Shown here piece after piece: positions 18,207 through 27,929 of a stretch of DNA of 64,000 bases. This DNA is from an uncultured delta proteobacterium (GTDB lineage Bacteria > Myxococcota > Myxococcia > Myxococcales > 40CM-4-68-19). The position numbers and the translations under genes are program-made. The stretch is taken from contig CAIWCD010000005.1 in assembly GCA_903911145.1 (NCBI GenBank), positions 1 through 64,000 on the forward strand, written 5' to 3'. The notes below the pieces were generated by a model. The model was given only the letters and a program-made list of their open reading frames with translations. It was not told the origin of the DNA and did no database searches. Numbering within the stretch: the stretch's first letter is position 1; each line of letters starts with the position of its first letter.

Positions 18207-20450
18207 ATGAACTCTCTTCGCTACTTGAAGGACGTCGGCGATCGGGTGCAGACGGAGTTCCTCCGCCGTCGATCGATCCTCTCGTTTCAGGAGTATCTCG
18301 ACGCATTTCTCGAGAGGCCGCGCGCGCAGGCCCGGTCGGCGGCGCAATATCTCCGCGATTGCCTCGATTACTACGGGACCGAAACGGTGCAGCGACCGTC
18401 GGGGCCGCAGCGTCGCTTCAAGATGTTCGATCGTCCGTGGGAGTCCGGAAGCATCGCGGGGGCAGAGGGCGAGAGCGGCACGCCTGTCTTCGGACAGGAA
18501 GAGGCGCAGAACGCGATCTATCGCATCCTCAATACGTTCGTGCGGCGCGGAAGAATCAACAAATTGATCCTCCTGCATGGCCCGAACGGCTCGGCGAAGA
18601 GCAGCATCGTCGCGGCGCTCTTCGCGGGACTCGAGCACTACTCGCGCCTCGATGAAGGCGCGCTCTATCGCTTCAATTGGGTCTTCCCGAGCGAGAAGAT
18701 CATCAAGGGTTCGATCGGCTTTGGCGAGGAGAAGACGAGCGGCCATCTCACCTCGTTCGCTCATCTCGACGGCGAGCAACTCGATGCCCGTATCGCGTGC
18801 GAGATGAAGTGCCAGCCGCTCTGGCTGTTGCCGCGTGCGGAGCGGCTCGCGCTCTTCGCCGAGACGGTGAAGCCGGACGAATCATTCCACCTCGCGCAGG
18901 CTCTCGCCGAGGGAGATCTCTGCCACCGCTGCCGGCAGATCTATGCGGCGCTGCTGCAGACTGCGGGCGGCGATGTCTTGAAGGTGCTGCGCCACGTGCA
19001 GGTCGAGCGCTTCTTCCTCTCGCGTCGATATCTGACGGGCGCGGTGATCGTCGAGCCGCAGATGTCGGTCGATGCCGACTATCGGCAGGTCACGCAGGAC
19101 CGCAGCCCGGGCGCACTTCCTCCTGCGCTGCAGAACCTGACGCTCTTCGAACCGTTCGGTCCGCTCGTCTCGGGCAATCGCGGAATGGTCGAGTTCAGCG
19201 ATCTGCTCAAGCGTCCGCTCGAGTCGTACAAGTATCTGCTCGGCACAGTGGAGACGGGCGTCGCGCGACTCGCGCATTTTCTCATGCAGCTCGACTGCAT
19301 CCTGATCGCGAGCGCGAACGAGCAGCATCTCGATGCGTTCAAGGAGATCCCGGATTGGCCGTCGTTCAAGGGGCGCATTGAGCTCGTGCGCGTGCCTTAT
19401 CTGCGGGAGGTGCGCGAGGAGCAGAAGGTCTACGATCACCAATTCGTCGCGGGGATGAACAAGCACGTTGCTCCGCACGCGACCGAAGTGGCGGCGCTCT
19501 GGGCGGTGCTCACGCGGCTCAAGCGGCCCACGGTGGAGCACTACCGCGGCGATGCGCGCGCGCTCGTCGAGAAGCTCGCGCCGCTCGAGAAGCTGCAGCT
19601 CTATGACAACGGCCGCGTGCCCGACCGGCTCAATTCGAACCAGGCCAAGGAGCTTCGGCGCACGCTCGCTGAGCTCTGGAGCGAATCGGATGCGTATCCG
19701 AATTACGAGGGGCTCGGCGGCGCTTCGGCGCGCGAGATCAAGACGGTGCTCGACAACGCGGCGCAGAGTCCGGCGGCCAACTGCCTGACTGCGCAGGCCG
19801 TGCTCGAGGAGCTCGCGCAGCTTGTGAAGGACAAGTCCGTCTACGAGTTTCTCCAGCAGCCCGTCGTCGACGGCTATCACGATGCGGAGGCGTTTCTGCG
19901 CGTCGTCGAGGGCGTTCTCCTCGACAGAATCGACGACGAGGTTCGCGAAGCGATGGGCCTCGTCTCTGCGAGCCAGTATCGAGAGCTGTTCGAACGCTAC
20001 GTCCAGCACGTCGTCGCCTGGACGCGCGGCGAGAAGCTCTTCAATCAGGTCACGGGAGATTCGGAGCGGCCCGACGAGGAGATGATGGCCGCGACCGAGG
20101 CGATCATCATGGTCAAGAGCGAGGACCGGCGCGAGTTCCGGCGCGCGCTCATCTCGTCGATCGGCGCGCAGAAGATCGATCATCCGGACGAGGCGCTCGA
20201 CTACGCGCAGATCTTTCCCGACCTCTTCCGGCGCCTGCGCGAGCACTTCTTCGAGGAGCGCAAGCGGACCGTGCGGCGCAACAGCGAGAACGTCCTGCGC
20301 CATCTCGGAGGCGACGGGGCGCAGCTCCTGCCGAAGGAGCTCGAGGCGGTCAAGCAGGCGCTCGCGGCGATGCAGGAGCGGTCAGGGTACTGCGTGAATT
20401 GCGCGAAGGAGGCGCTGGTGCTGCTGCTGTCGAAGCGCTACGCGAGCTGA
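18207..20450 (+). CDS. PrkA-family AAA+ ATPase (annotated serine kinase)
   Basis: True start is ATG 18207 inside the 16575..20450 ORF. SFQEYLD, ILLHGPNGSAKSS, NRGMVEFSDLLK, RVPYL...EQKVY, GASAR, GYC..CA.E near the C-terminus. Confidence 0.85.
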   Translation: MNSLRYLKDVGDRVQTEFLRRRSILSFQEYLDAFLERPRAQARSAAQYLRDCLDYYGTETVQRPSGPQRRFKMFDRPWESGSIAGAEGESGTPVFGQEEAQNAIYRILNTFVRRGRINKLILLHGPNGSAKSSIVAALFAGLEHYSRLDEGALYRFNWVFPSEKIIKGSIGFGEEKTSGHLTSFAHLDGEQLDARIACEMKCQPLWLLPRAERLALFAETVKPDESFHLAQALAEGDLCHRCRQIYAALLQTAGGDVLKVLRHVQVERFFLSRRYLTGAVIVEPQMSVDADYRQVTQDRSPGALPPALQNLTLFEPFGPLVSGNRGMVEFSDLLKRPLESYKYLLGTVETGVARLAHFLMQLDCILIASANEQHLDAFKEIPDWPSFKGRIELVRVPYLREVREEQKVYDHQFVAGMNKHVAPHATEVAALWAVLTRLKRPTVEHYRGDARALVEKLAPLEKLQLYDNGRVPDRLNSNQAKELRRTLAELWSESDAYPNYEGLGGASAREIKTVLDNAAQSPAANCLTAQAVLEELAQLVKDKSVYEFLQQPVVDGYHDAEAFLRVVEGVLLDRIDDEVREAMGLVSASQYRELFERYVQHVVAWTRGEKLFNQVTGDSERPDEEMMAATEAIIMVKSEDRREFRRALISSIGAQKIDHPDEALDYAQIFPDLFRRLREHFFEERKRTVRRNSENVLRHLGGDGAQLLPKELEAVKQALAAMQERSGYCVNCAKEALVLLLSKRYAS

Positions 20451-20489
20451 TCGCGCGCTGCGGAATCGATGCGCCGATGACCTGCGATG

Positions 20490-21899
20490 CTAATGCGCAG
20501 CGGCCTTCACTCCTGGCCGCGGCAGCGTCTCGGGCATCTGCGCGAGCGACCAGGCGGCCCACGCAACGGCGGCCGTGCTCTCCGCGAGTTCGCGCGGATT
20601 GACCTTGTCGAGCGTGTCGGCGGCGGAGTGGTGCACGTCGAAGTAGTGCGTGCCGTCCTGGATCAGCTCGAGAACGGGGGGCGCGTCTGGGAGTTGCTGC
20701 AGAGGATACAGATCCGTTCCCGCGCGATCTCCGACGACGACCGTGCTGCAGGAGAGAGCCTCGAGCGGTTGCATCCACGGCTGGAGCAGCGCGACTGCCG
20801 CGGCTCCCGAGTTGAGGCTCCACGATTGAGGTGCGCCCGCGCCGCTGTCGCACTCGAGCGCCGCGACGTGATGCTTCACCTCATCCTCGTGCGCCTTCGC
20901 GTAGGCGAGCGCACCGCGAATTCCATTCTCCTCATTCATGAAGAGCACCGCGCGCACCGTTCTCCTCGGCGGCGTCGGCAGGTGCGCGAGCAGACGCAGC
21001 GCCTCCATCACCATCACGACACCAGCGCCGTCGTCGACCGCGCCCTGCGCGAGATCCCACGAGTCGAGGTGTGCGCCGAGCAGGACGATCTCCTCTGGCT
21101 TCTCGCTCCCACGCAACTCGGCCACCACGTTGAACGACGGCGTATCGGGCAGCGTCTTGCAGCCGAGTTCGAGGTGCACGGAGACCGGGCCTTGCGAAAG
21201 CAGGCGGTGGAGCAGTTGCGCGTCCTCCGTGGAGACCGCTGCGCCTGGGATGGTCGCGACGGAGGGGTCGGTCTTCATGAGGCCCGTGTGCGGCGAGCGC
21301 AGCGAAGCGGTCGCGAGCGAACGCACGAGCACGCCGACAGCGCCCAGCCTCGCCGCGGCGAGCGGTCCGGTCGAGCGCAACGACGCGAATTCGCCGTAGT
21401 CGTGCGCGACCGACATGGTGTGTTGGAAGAGAACGATCTTGCCGCGGACCTTCTCTCCGAGCGCCGCGAGTTCGTCGAGCGAGTGGAGTTCGATGAGCGG
21501 CGCGGTGATGCCGCCGGGCGGCGTGCCCGCTGAGCCTCCGAGCGCGGTGATGGAGAGTGGCAGAGGCGCGACAGTGGCGGGCGAGACGACCTCGGCCTTC
21601 TCGGTGCCGCGAACCCAATGAGGGACAAGAACTGGCTCGAGGTGAACCGCCGCGCCGTCCTCGCGAAAACGCTTTTCCGCCCAGGTGATGGCCGCGGCCG
21701 CCCCAGCGGAACCGGAGAGGCGCGGGCCGATTCCGTCGGTCAACTCGGCAAGTCGCTTCATCGCGCCGCCATCGCTGATTGCGCCGCCGATGATTGCCGG
21801 TGCCTGCTGCAGTGGGTCGGCCGCGACGCTGTTCGCTGCGCGTGCTTCCATCGACGCGAAGAGCAGGGTGGCGACGAGAGCGGACGTGGGACGCGGCAC
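20490..21899 (-). CDS. M28 family peptidase (carboxypeptidase Q-like); start uncertain
   Basis: IGPRLSGS, PA domain, GAHLDSWD, GAVDDGAG, NEENG, HHSAADT. GTG 21899 gives a signal-peptide-like N-terminus. Confidence 0.85.
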   Translation of the reverse strand: MPRPTSALVATLLFASMEARAANSVAADPLQQAPAIIGGAISDGGAMKRLAELTDGIGPRLSGSAGAAAAITWAEKRFREDGAAVHLEPVLVPHWVRGTEKAEVVSPATVAPLPLSITALGGSAGTPPGGITAPLIELHSLDELAALGEKVRGKIVLFQHTMSVAHDYGEFASLRSTGPLAAARLGAVGVLVRSLATASLRSPHTGLMKTDPSVATIPGAAVSTEDAQLLHRLLSQGPVSVHLELGCKTLPDTPSFNVVAELRGSEKPEEIVLLGAHLDSWDLAQGAVDDGAGVVMVMEALRLLAHLPTPPRRTVRAVLFMNEENGIRGALAYAKAHEDEVKHHVAALECDSGAGAPQSWSLNSGAAAVALLQPWMQPLEALSCSTVVVGDRAGTDLYPLQQLPDAPPVLELIQDGTHYFDVHHSAADTLDKVNPRELAESTAAVAWAAWSLAQMPETLPRPGVKAAAH

Positions 21900-22109
21900 A
21901 GGAGACCTCGAACTTGCGCAAAGGGGACGCCGAGGCCTGACGCCATCGGCCTCTCGCCGCGCCTGCCACGGAATGACTCCGGACGCAAGCGGTCGGCAGC
22001 CCGTCGGTGGAAGTCCGATTGCGTTTCCGCTTGGCATCCTGTTACACCCCGCCGCGATTCAAGGTGCGTCGCCAAGCCGTCAGTCCTGCCAAGCGGAAGG
22101 AGAACGCCA

Positions 22110-22442
22110 GTGGACGATCTGCGCGCAGCGATTCATGAGTCGTGGAGCCGAGCGGTGCTTGCGGCCAGCACGGTCGAGGAGCACGCACAGGCGCTGGTCG
22201 GCACGATCGGCGAGCGGGCGGCCCTTGCGCCGGAGCAGGCGAAGCATCTCGCGGCCGATTTCGCCGTGCGGATCGAAGAGCACCGCAAGACTCTGACGGG
22301 CGAGGTCCAGCGGGCCGTGCGTACCGCAGTCGAGCGCGTGCGCCTTCCCGCGCGGACGGATCTCAAGAAGATGTCGGAGAAGCTGGACGCGCTCGAGGCC
22401 CGCCTGGGCCAGATCGAGCGCAACGCACGGAAGGGCGAATGA
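22110..22442 (+). CDS. Phasin-like (PHA granule-associated) protein
   Basis: AGGAG RBS and GTG 22110; amphipathic helix ending RLPARTDLKKMSEKLDALEARL. Confidence 0.65.
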   Translation: MDDLRAAIHESWSRAVLAASTVEEHAQALVGTIGERAALAPEQAKHLAADFAVRIEEHRKTLTGEVQRAVRTAVERVRLPARTDLKKMSEKLDALEARLGQIERNARKGE

Positions 22443-23113
22443 GGAGCGGCGCGGCGCTCTGCGCGCTGGCGTTCGCTGCAGTCGCGGGGCTGTCCTGTGT
22501 CGCGCTCGAGCCGCACGACAGTTCACGTGCGACCACTCCCTCCTCTGGCTCCTCGCACCAGGCGCCGGCCTCGCTGTCGATGGACCCGCGCAAGCTTGAT
22601 GCGCTCGTCGCTCGAGTGGCGCCGGACCTCGACGATGCCCTGCGCGCCCGCCTGGTGATCGCGTTGATGTCCGAGGCTTCACTCGACGGCTACGATCCGA
22701 TCTTTCTCGCCGCGCTGGTCGGCGTCGAGAGCCGCTGGCACACGCGCGCTGAGAGCGCCCGCGGAGCGCGTGGCCTCCTGCAGCTCAAGCCGAGCACGTT
22801 CGCCTGGATCTCCTCGCGCGAACCGGACGTCGGCGGAGAGGATCTCGAGACAGGCGATGATCCGGTCGTCGATGTGCGGCTCGCCATCCGCTATTTCAAC
22901 TGGCTCGAGCGCAGCTTCTCGAGCCGCGACGCTGCGCTCATGGCCTACAACGCCGGGCCGCGCCGCATGCGCCAGCACCTGCGCGCGGGCGACATCCCCG
23001 AGCGCCTCCACGCCTATCCGCAGAAGGTTCGGCACGAGTATGAGCGGCTGCTGCGGATCGAAGAGCAGAGCGAGCACGAACTCGCCGGCATGCTCCTCGC
23101 GCGCGTTCCCTGA
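22439..23113 (+). CDS. Lytic transglycosylase (SLT domain)
   Basis: ATGA overlap with the phasin stop; VESRW, AES..GARGLLQL.P.T and AYNAG motifs. Confidence 0.85.
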   Translation: MRSGAALCALAFAAVAGLSCVALEPHDSSRATTPSSGSSHQAPASLSMDPRKLDALVARVAPDLDDALRARLVIALMSEASLDGYDPIFLAALVGVESRWHTRAESARGARGLLQLKPSTFAWISSREPDVGGEDLETGDDPVVDVRLAIRYFNWLERSFSSRDAALMAYNAGPRRMRQHLRAGDIPERLHAYPQKVRHEYERLLRIEEQSEHELAGMLLARVP

Positions 23114-23134
23114 CGGCGTGGCGCGCTCGAATCG

Positions 23135-23515
23135 CTACCGCTGCAAGCGACTCCGCTCGTCGCGCAGCTTGTCGTCGCGAACGGCGGAGAGGAGCGCGTC
23201 GAGTTCGACTGGTTTGCGCAGCCAGCCGGCGACATCCGGGAGCGGGTTTCGCTCGTCTGCGGAGAGAACGACCACCGGGATCTCCGCGAGGCGCGGATCG
23301 TCGAGCTGCGCACGGCGGAACTCGAGGCCTCCCATCCCAGGCATGGAGAGATCGAGCAGAATCAGCTGCGGGATCTCGCCGGCTCGCAGCAGCGTGAGGG
23401 CCTCGTCTCCATCGCGCGCCAGACGCACGCGGTAGCCCTCGTCCCGCAGCACATCCCCGAGCGTCTCGCGGATCCCGCGGTCGTCATCGACGACAAAGAT
23501 CTCCGGATGAGACAT
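23135..23515 (-). CDS. Single-domain response regulator (receiver)
   Basis: ATG 23515 with upstream GGGGGGAG; IFVVDDD, LILLDLSMPGMGG, LSAD, LRKPV. Confidence 0.88.
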   Translation of the reverse strand: MSHPEIFVVDDDRGIRETLGDVLRDEGYRVRLARDGDEALTLLRAGEIPQLILLDLSMPGMGGLEFRRAQLDDPRLAEIPVVVLSADERNPLPDVAGWLRKPVELDALLSAVRDDKLRDERSRLQR

Positions 23516-23527
23516 CGCTCCCCCCTT

Positions 23528-23557
23528 CTGTTGCGCATTCAACTGTTGCGCATTTAA
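23528..23557. repeat. 15-bp direct repeat CTGTTGCGCATT(C/T)AA x2 in a divergent intergenic region
   Basis: Copies at 23528-23542 and 23543-23557. Confidence 0.8.
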
Positions 23558-23608
23558 CCCATTCCTCCGTCGTCGGCCAGTCCACTGCCTTGCTACAGTC
23601 CCGGCCCC

Positions 23609-25402
23609 ATGACCCGATACACGCTCCGCATCCGCGAACCGAATGCCCGCCGCATCGACGTCTCGATCTCTGTCGATCCGCGAAGCGCTGCCGTCCTCGA
23701 ACTCCGCGTCCCGGTCTGGACGCCGGGCAGCTACCTCGTGCGCGAGCACCAGCGCCACGTCGATGGGCTCGCCGCCTTCGATGAATCGGGTCGACCACTC
23801 GCGGTTGCGAAGAGTGACAAACAGACCTGGAGTGTCACATGCGCGGGCGCGCGCTCGGTGCGCGTCGAATATCGACTCCACTGCGTCGAGTTGACGGTGC
23901 GCACCAATCACGTCGACGCAAGCCACGCCTTCATCAATCCCTCTGCGGCCTGTGCCTTCGTGGTGGGGCGGGAGCAGGAGCCATGCGCGGTCTCGCTCGA
24001 GTTGCCCCCGGATTGGGAGTGCTGGGTCGCGCTTCCGAAACAGGACGGCGCGTATCTCGCGACCGATTACGACGAACTCGTCGACAGCCCGTTCGAGCTC
24101 GGCCCGCGCTCTTCGCACCAGCAGTTCGATTTTCAAGCGGCCGGAGTTGCGCACCGGCTTGTCGTCTGGGGGCGCGGCGATCTCGATGGCGAGAAGGTCT
24201 CCCTGGACATCGCCAAAATCATCGAAGCGGAGGCGGCCTGGTTCGGCGGGCTTCCCTATCGCGAGCCCTATCTCTTCATTCTCCACCTGAACGACAAGGG
24301 GCGCGGTGGCCTCGAACATCGTCGCTCGTGCGCTCTGCTCGCGCCGCGCTTTTCGTTTGTACACAAAGCATCGTACGAGGACTTCCTCGAGCTGATCGCG
24401 CACGAGTTCTTTCACCTCTGGAACGTCAAGCGACTGCGGCCCGCGGCGTTCACGCCCTACGATTGGACGCGCGAGAATCACACCTCGCTGCTCTGGGCGA
24501 TGGAGGGGCTGACCTCGACCTACGAAGTGATGGCCCTGCGGCGCGCGGGCCTGATCTCGCCGACGCGCTTTCTCGAGCTCTGGGCCGAGCGGCTCACGCA
24601 GCTCCTGCGCACGCCGGGCCGTCTGCGCGTCTCGCTCGAGCAGGCCTCGTTCGACGCCTGGATCAAGCACTACCGACCGGACGAGACGACGAGCAACAGT
24701 TCGGTCTCCTACTATCTAAAAGGAAGTGTCGTCGGATTCCTCCTCGACCTTGAGCTGCGCCGGCACACGCAAGGCGCGCGTTCGCTCGACGATCTGATGC
24801 GCCTGCTCTTCGCCCGACATGGTGCCGCGCCCGGTTTGCCCGAGCGGGGTGTCGAGGAGGCGGCGCTTGAGTTGGTGCCCGGGTCGGCGCGCGCGACGCT
24901 GCAGGCCTGGTTTGAGCGGGCGCTGCGCAGTCGCGAGGAGCTTGAACTCGAGAGTTCGTTCGCGTCCGTTGGGCTCTCCGCGATCCTCCACGCCGCGAGC
25001 GCGAGCGACGACAAGGGCGGAGCGGAGCTCGATCCGTCCGATGCGCCGGAGCCGGGGAAGAATGCGCGGGCCGCTCTGGGCGCGGGTTTGCGCGATCGTG
25101 CAGGTCTGCTCGAGGTGACCCAGGTCGCTGACGGTGGCGCGGCGCAGGCAGCGGGTGTCTGCCCGGGGGACGAGATCGCCGCTGTCGATGGGTTCCGCAC
25201 GGACATGCGGCTGCGGCTCGGTCGAGGCCAGGAGGGGCAGCGCGTGCGGCTCTCGAACTTCCGATTCGATGAGCTGCTCGAGCTTGAGGTGATCCTGCAG
25301 TCGGTGCCGATCGACACGGTGACGCTGGTGCCGTGCACGGATGCGACGGACGTGCAGATCGCGCTGCGCAACGCCTGGCTGGGCGAGCCGTGGGAATCGT
25401 AG
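23609..25402 (+). CDS. M61 family aminopeptidase with PDZ domain
   Basis: PVWTPGSY, GGLEH, AHEFFHLWN (HExxH), EGLT, SYYLKG, C-terminal PDZ-like segment. Confidence 0.92.
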   Translation: MTRYTLRIREPNARRIDVSISVDPRSAAVLELRVPVWTPGSYLVREHQRHVDGLAAFDESGRPLAVAKSDKQTWSVTCAGARSVRVEYRLHCVELTVRTNHVDASHAFINPSAACAFVVGREQEPCAVSLELPPDWECWVALPKQDGAYLATDYDELVDSPFELGPRSSHQQFDFQAAGVAHRLVVWGRGDLDGEKVSLDIAKIIEAEAAWFGGLPYREPYLFILHLNDKGRGGLEHRRSCALLAPRFSFVHKASYEDFLELIAHEFFHLWNVKRLRPAAFTPYDWTRENHTSLLWAMEGLTSTYEVMALRRAGLISPTRFLELWAERLTQLLRTPGRLRVSLEQASFDAWIKHYRPDETTSNSSVSYYLKGSVVGFLLDLELRRHTQGARSLDDLMRLLFARHGAAPGLPERGVEEAALELVPGSARATLQAWFERALRSREELELESSFASVGLSAILHAASASDDKGGAELDPSDAPEPGKNARAALGAGLRDRAGLLEVTQVADGGAAQAAGVCPGDEIAAVDGFRTDMRLRLGRGQEGQRVRLSNFRFDELLELEVILQSVPIDTVTLVPCTDATDVQIALRNAWLGEPWES

Positions 25403-25411
25403 GAACGGCCG

Positions 25412-27202
25412 ATGCGCGCTGAGCAGCTCGAGCAGCTGGCGCTCGCGCTGGGCGATGCGCTGACCGAATCTGCGGTCGTGCAGGCGGTGACCCTATACGC
25501 CGTGCCCGCGCTGGGCGCGGACGCGGGCTCGATCGCGCGGCTGACGCCGGGCGGTTCGATCCTCGAGATGATCGGCTGGATCGGCTATCGCGACGACCTC
25601 AAGCGCTATCGTCGCTTCAGCCGCGAGCAGCGCCTGCCGCACGCGCTGGCGGTCAAGAGCGGCACGGCGCTCTTCTTCGAGACGCGCGCGGCCGTCGATC
25701 TGGAGTTCGGCGCGTCGGTGGCGCACTGGCCGCAGCCGGGAGCGACCGACGGCGCGGGTGCGTTGATCTCGCTGCCGCTGCAGGCCGGCGGAAAGATCCT
25801 CGGTGCAATGGGCGTCTCGTTTACGCACGAGCGGTCGTTCTCCGTCGAGGATCGCAGCATCGCGAGGCTGGTCGGCCGTCTCTGCGCGCAGGCGTTGCAG
25901 CGGGTGCAGGCCTTCGAGAGCGAGCACCAGGCGCGCAGCGAGGCAGAAGAGAGCCTCGCGAATCTCGAGCTGATCACGCGGGCGAGCCACCAGCTCTTCG
26001 GCACGCTCGATCAGCAGCAGATCTGTCAGACGCTCGCGAAGCTGGCGGTGAGCGCCCGTCTCGCCGAGTTCGCCACGGTCGATCTCTTCGTCGAGGGCGC
26101 GCTGTCTCGCGCGGCGGTTCACGCGCGGGAGCCCGTCTGGCTTGAGCTGGAGAGTGCGCGCAAAGACTATCCGTCGAGGCAGGCAGCGATGGCGCCGGTG
26201 CTCAACGCGATGCGGGTGCTCGCGCCCCAGTTCGACAGTGCGGATGGACCGCCGCAGCCGCTGCCGGTCGAGCAGGATGATGGGTGGAAAGTCTTCGCGG
26301 AGCGGTTTCATCTTCGCTCGCGCGTGGTGTTGCCGCTGATCGCTGGCGGCGAGCCGATGGGCGCGCTGGTGCTCCTGCCTTCCGCGCTCTCCGGCCACGA
26401 ACTGGCCCCGCGCGAATTGGTTCTCGCGACCGAGTTGACGATGCGAGCCGCACTCGCGCTGCAGAACGCGCGGCTCTATGCGCAGGCCCGCGCCGCAATC
26501 GGATTGCGCGACGACTTCCTCTCCATCGCGGGCCACGAGCTGCGCACGCCACTGACGGCGCTCAAGCTCCAGCTGCAGTCGAGCCTCCGGCTGATCGCCG
26601 AACAAGCGGGCGGCGCGAAGTTCGGCACGATCTCGGAGAGGACAGAGAAGGCGGCCCGCCAGGTCGAGCGGCTGCAGACGCTGGTTGATCGCCTGCTGGA
26701 CGTCTCGCGCATCACTGCCGGCCGATTCGCCCTCGAGACTGAATCGATCGATCTCGTGCCGACCGTCCGCGACGTCTGCGCGCGCTTCGTCGAGGAGGCG
26801 ACCGCGGCAAATTGCGGGCTCACGATGGAGCCGTACCTCGGCGGGCAACCTCTGCGCGGCCGCTGGGACCGAATGCGCATCGAGCAACTGGTCAGCAATC
26901 TGCTCGCGAACGCGATCAAGTACGGACGAGGCTGGCCCATCAACGTGCAGGTCTTCGCGCGCGATGGGCGCGGCTGCGTGCGCGTCCGCGATCTCGGGAT
27001 CGGCATCGCGCCGAGCGATCACGCGCGCGTCTTCGAGCGGTTCGAGCGGGCCGCCAGCTCGAGGCGTGTTGGCGGTCTCGGTCTCGGCCTCTGGATCTCG
27101 CGCCAGATCGCCGAGGCACATGGGGGCACCATCGAGCTGGTGAGCGAGCCTGGAAAGGGAGCGGAGTTCACCATTTCGCTCCCGCTGATCGAATCCAACT
27201 GA
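25412..27202 (+). CDS. Sensor histidine kinase with two GAF domains
   Basis: HELRTPL H-box, NLLANAIKY N-box, DLGIGI, GLGLGL. Confidence 0.93.
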   Translation: MRAEQLEQLALALGDALTESAVVQAVTLYAVPALGADAGSIARLTPGGSILEMIGWIGYRDDLKRYRRFSREQRLPHALAVKSGTALFFETRAAVDLEFGASVAHWPQPGATDGAGALISLPLQAGGKILGAMGVSFTHERSFSVEDRSIARLVGRLCAQALQRVQAFESEHQARSEAEESLANLELITRASHQLFGTLDQQQICQTLAKLAVSARLAEFATVDLFVEGALSRAAVHAREPVWLELESARKDYPSRQAAMAPVLNAMRVLAPQFDSADGPPQPLPVEQDDGWKVFAERFHLRSRVVLPLIAGGEPMGALVLLPSALSGHELAPRELVLATELTMRAALALQNARLYAQARAAIGLRDDFLSIAGHELRTPLTALKLQLQSSLRLIAEQAGGAKFGTISERTEKAARQVERLQTLVDRLLDVSRITAGRFALETESIDLVPTVRDVCARFVEEATAANCGLTMEPYLGGQPLRGRWDRMRIEQLVSNLLANAIKYGRGWPINVQVFARDGRGCVRVRDLGIGIAPSDHARVFERFERAASSRRVGGLGLGLWISRQIAEAHGGTIELVSEPGKGAEFTISLPLIESN

Positions 27203-27314
27203 CTCGTCGGACGTCGGATGAGTGACCGACAAGCCGTGTGACGGATGGGCGCAGCGCACCTGCTTCTGCGACATCGACGCGCAGCAATCGCCCCCTCGCG
27301 AGGAGAGCCGACAG

Positions 27315-27908
27315 ATGATTCGCCGACCGATCCCGTTCGCGCTCTCTGCTCTTGTCGCTGCGTCGCTCCTCGTCGTCCCGGTCTCCGCAGGCACGGCCAC
27401 TCGCTACGCCATCGAGGAGGATCAGGTGCTGATCGGCTTCTCGGCGCAGTTGGGCGCGCAGAAGCAGGTCGCGACTCTCGCTCGCTCACTCGAGGGAAAT
27501 GTGCAGCTGGTCACGGCGGGCGCGCAAATCAAGCTGAGCGTGCCTGTCTCATCTCTGTCGAGCGGTTCGGTCCTCGTGGACGCGGCGCTGCGGACCGCGC
27601 TCGACGCCGAGCAGTTTCCCACGATCGATCTCGACGCCACCACCGAGTCGACGGGCGGCAAGTCGGCGACGCTGCACCTCTCGGGCACGCTGCATGTCCA
27701 CGGAGGCGCAGTTCCGCTCTCCGTTCCCGTCAAGGTCGTCCGCGACGGCGCGCTCGCATTCGTTCACGCCGAATTCCCGGTGCGTCTCTCGGCGCTCGGC
27801 GTCGCTCGGCCGAACATCGCGGGCGCGCAAGTCGGCGATGAGATCCAGGTGACGGTCGATGCGCGTCTGCACGCGATGGCCGACGGTCCTGCGGTCGCGG
27901 CGTTCTGA
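27315..27908 (+). CDS. YceI-family periplasmic protein
   Basis: AGGAG RBS; signal peptide; LDAEQFPTI, GTLHVHG and beta-rich YceI pattern. Confidence 0.8.
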   Translation: MIRRPIPFALSALVAASLLVVPVSAGTATRYAIEEDQVLIGFSAQLGAQKQVATLARSLEGNVQLVTAGAQIKLSVPVSSLSSGSVLVDAALRTALDAEQFPTIDLDATTESTGGKSATLHLSGTLHVHGGAVPLSVPVKVVRDGALAFVHAEFPVRLSALGVARPNIAGAQVGDEIQVTVDARLHAMADGPAVAAF

Positions 27909-27929
27909 TTCTCCGCGGCGAATCTCTGC

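Noticed and set aside
18189..18779. N-terminal extension of Hsp70 to 700 aa
   Set aside because: Antisense to prkA; the Hsp70 motif starts immediately at GTG 18188.
23516..24670. 511-aa version of the response regulator
   Set aside because: The extension is antisense to the M61 peptidase; an RBS supports the start at 23515.
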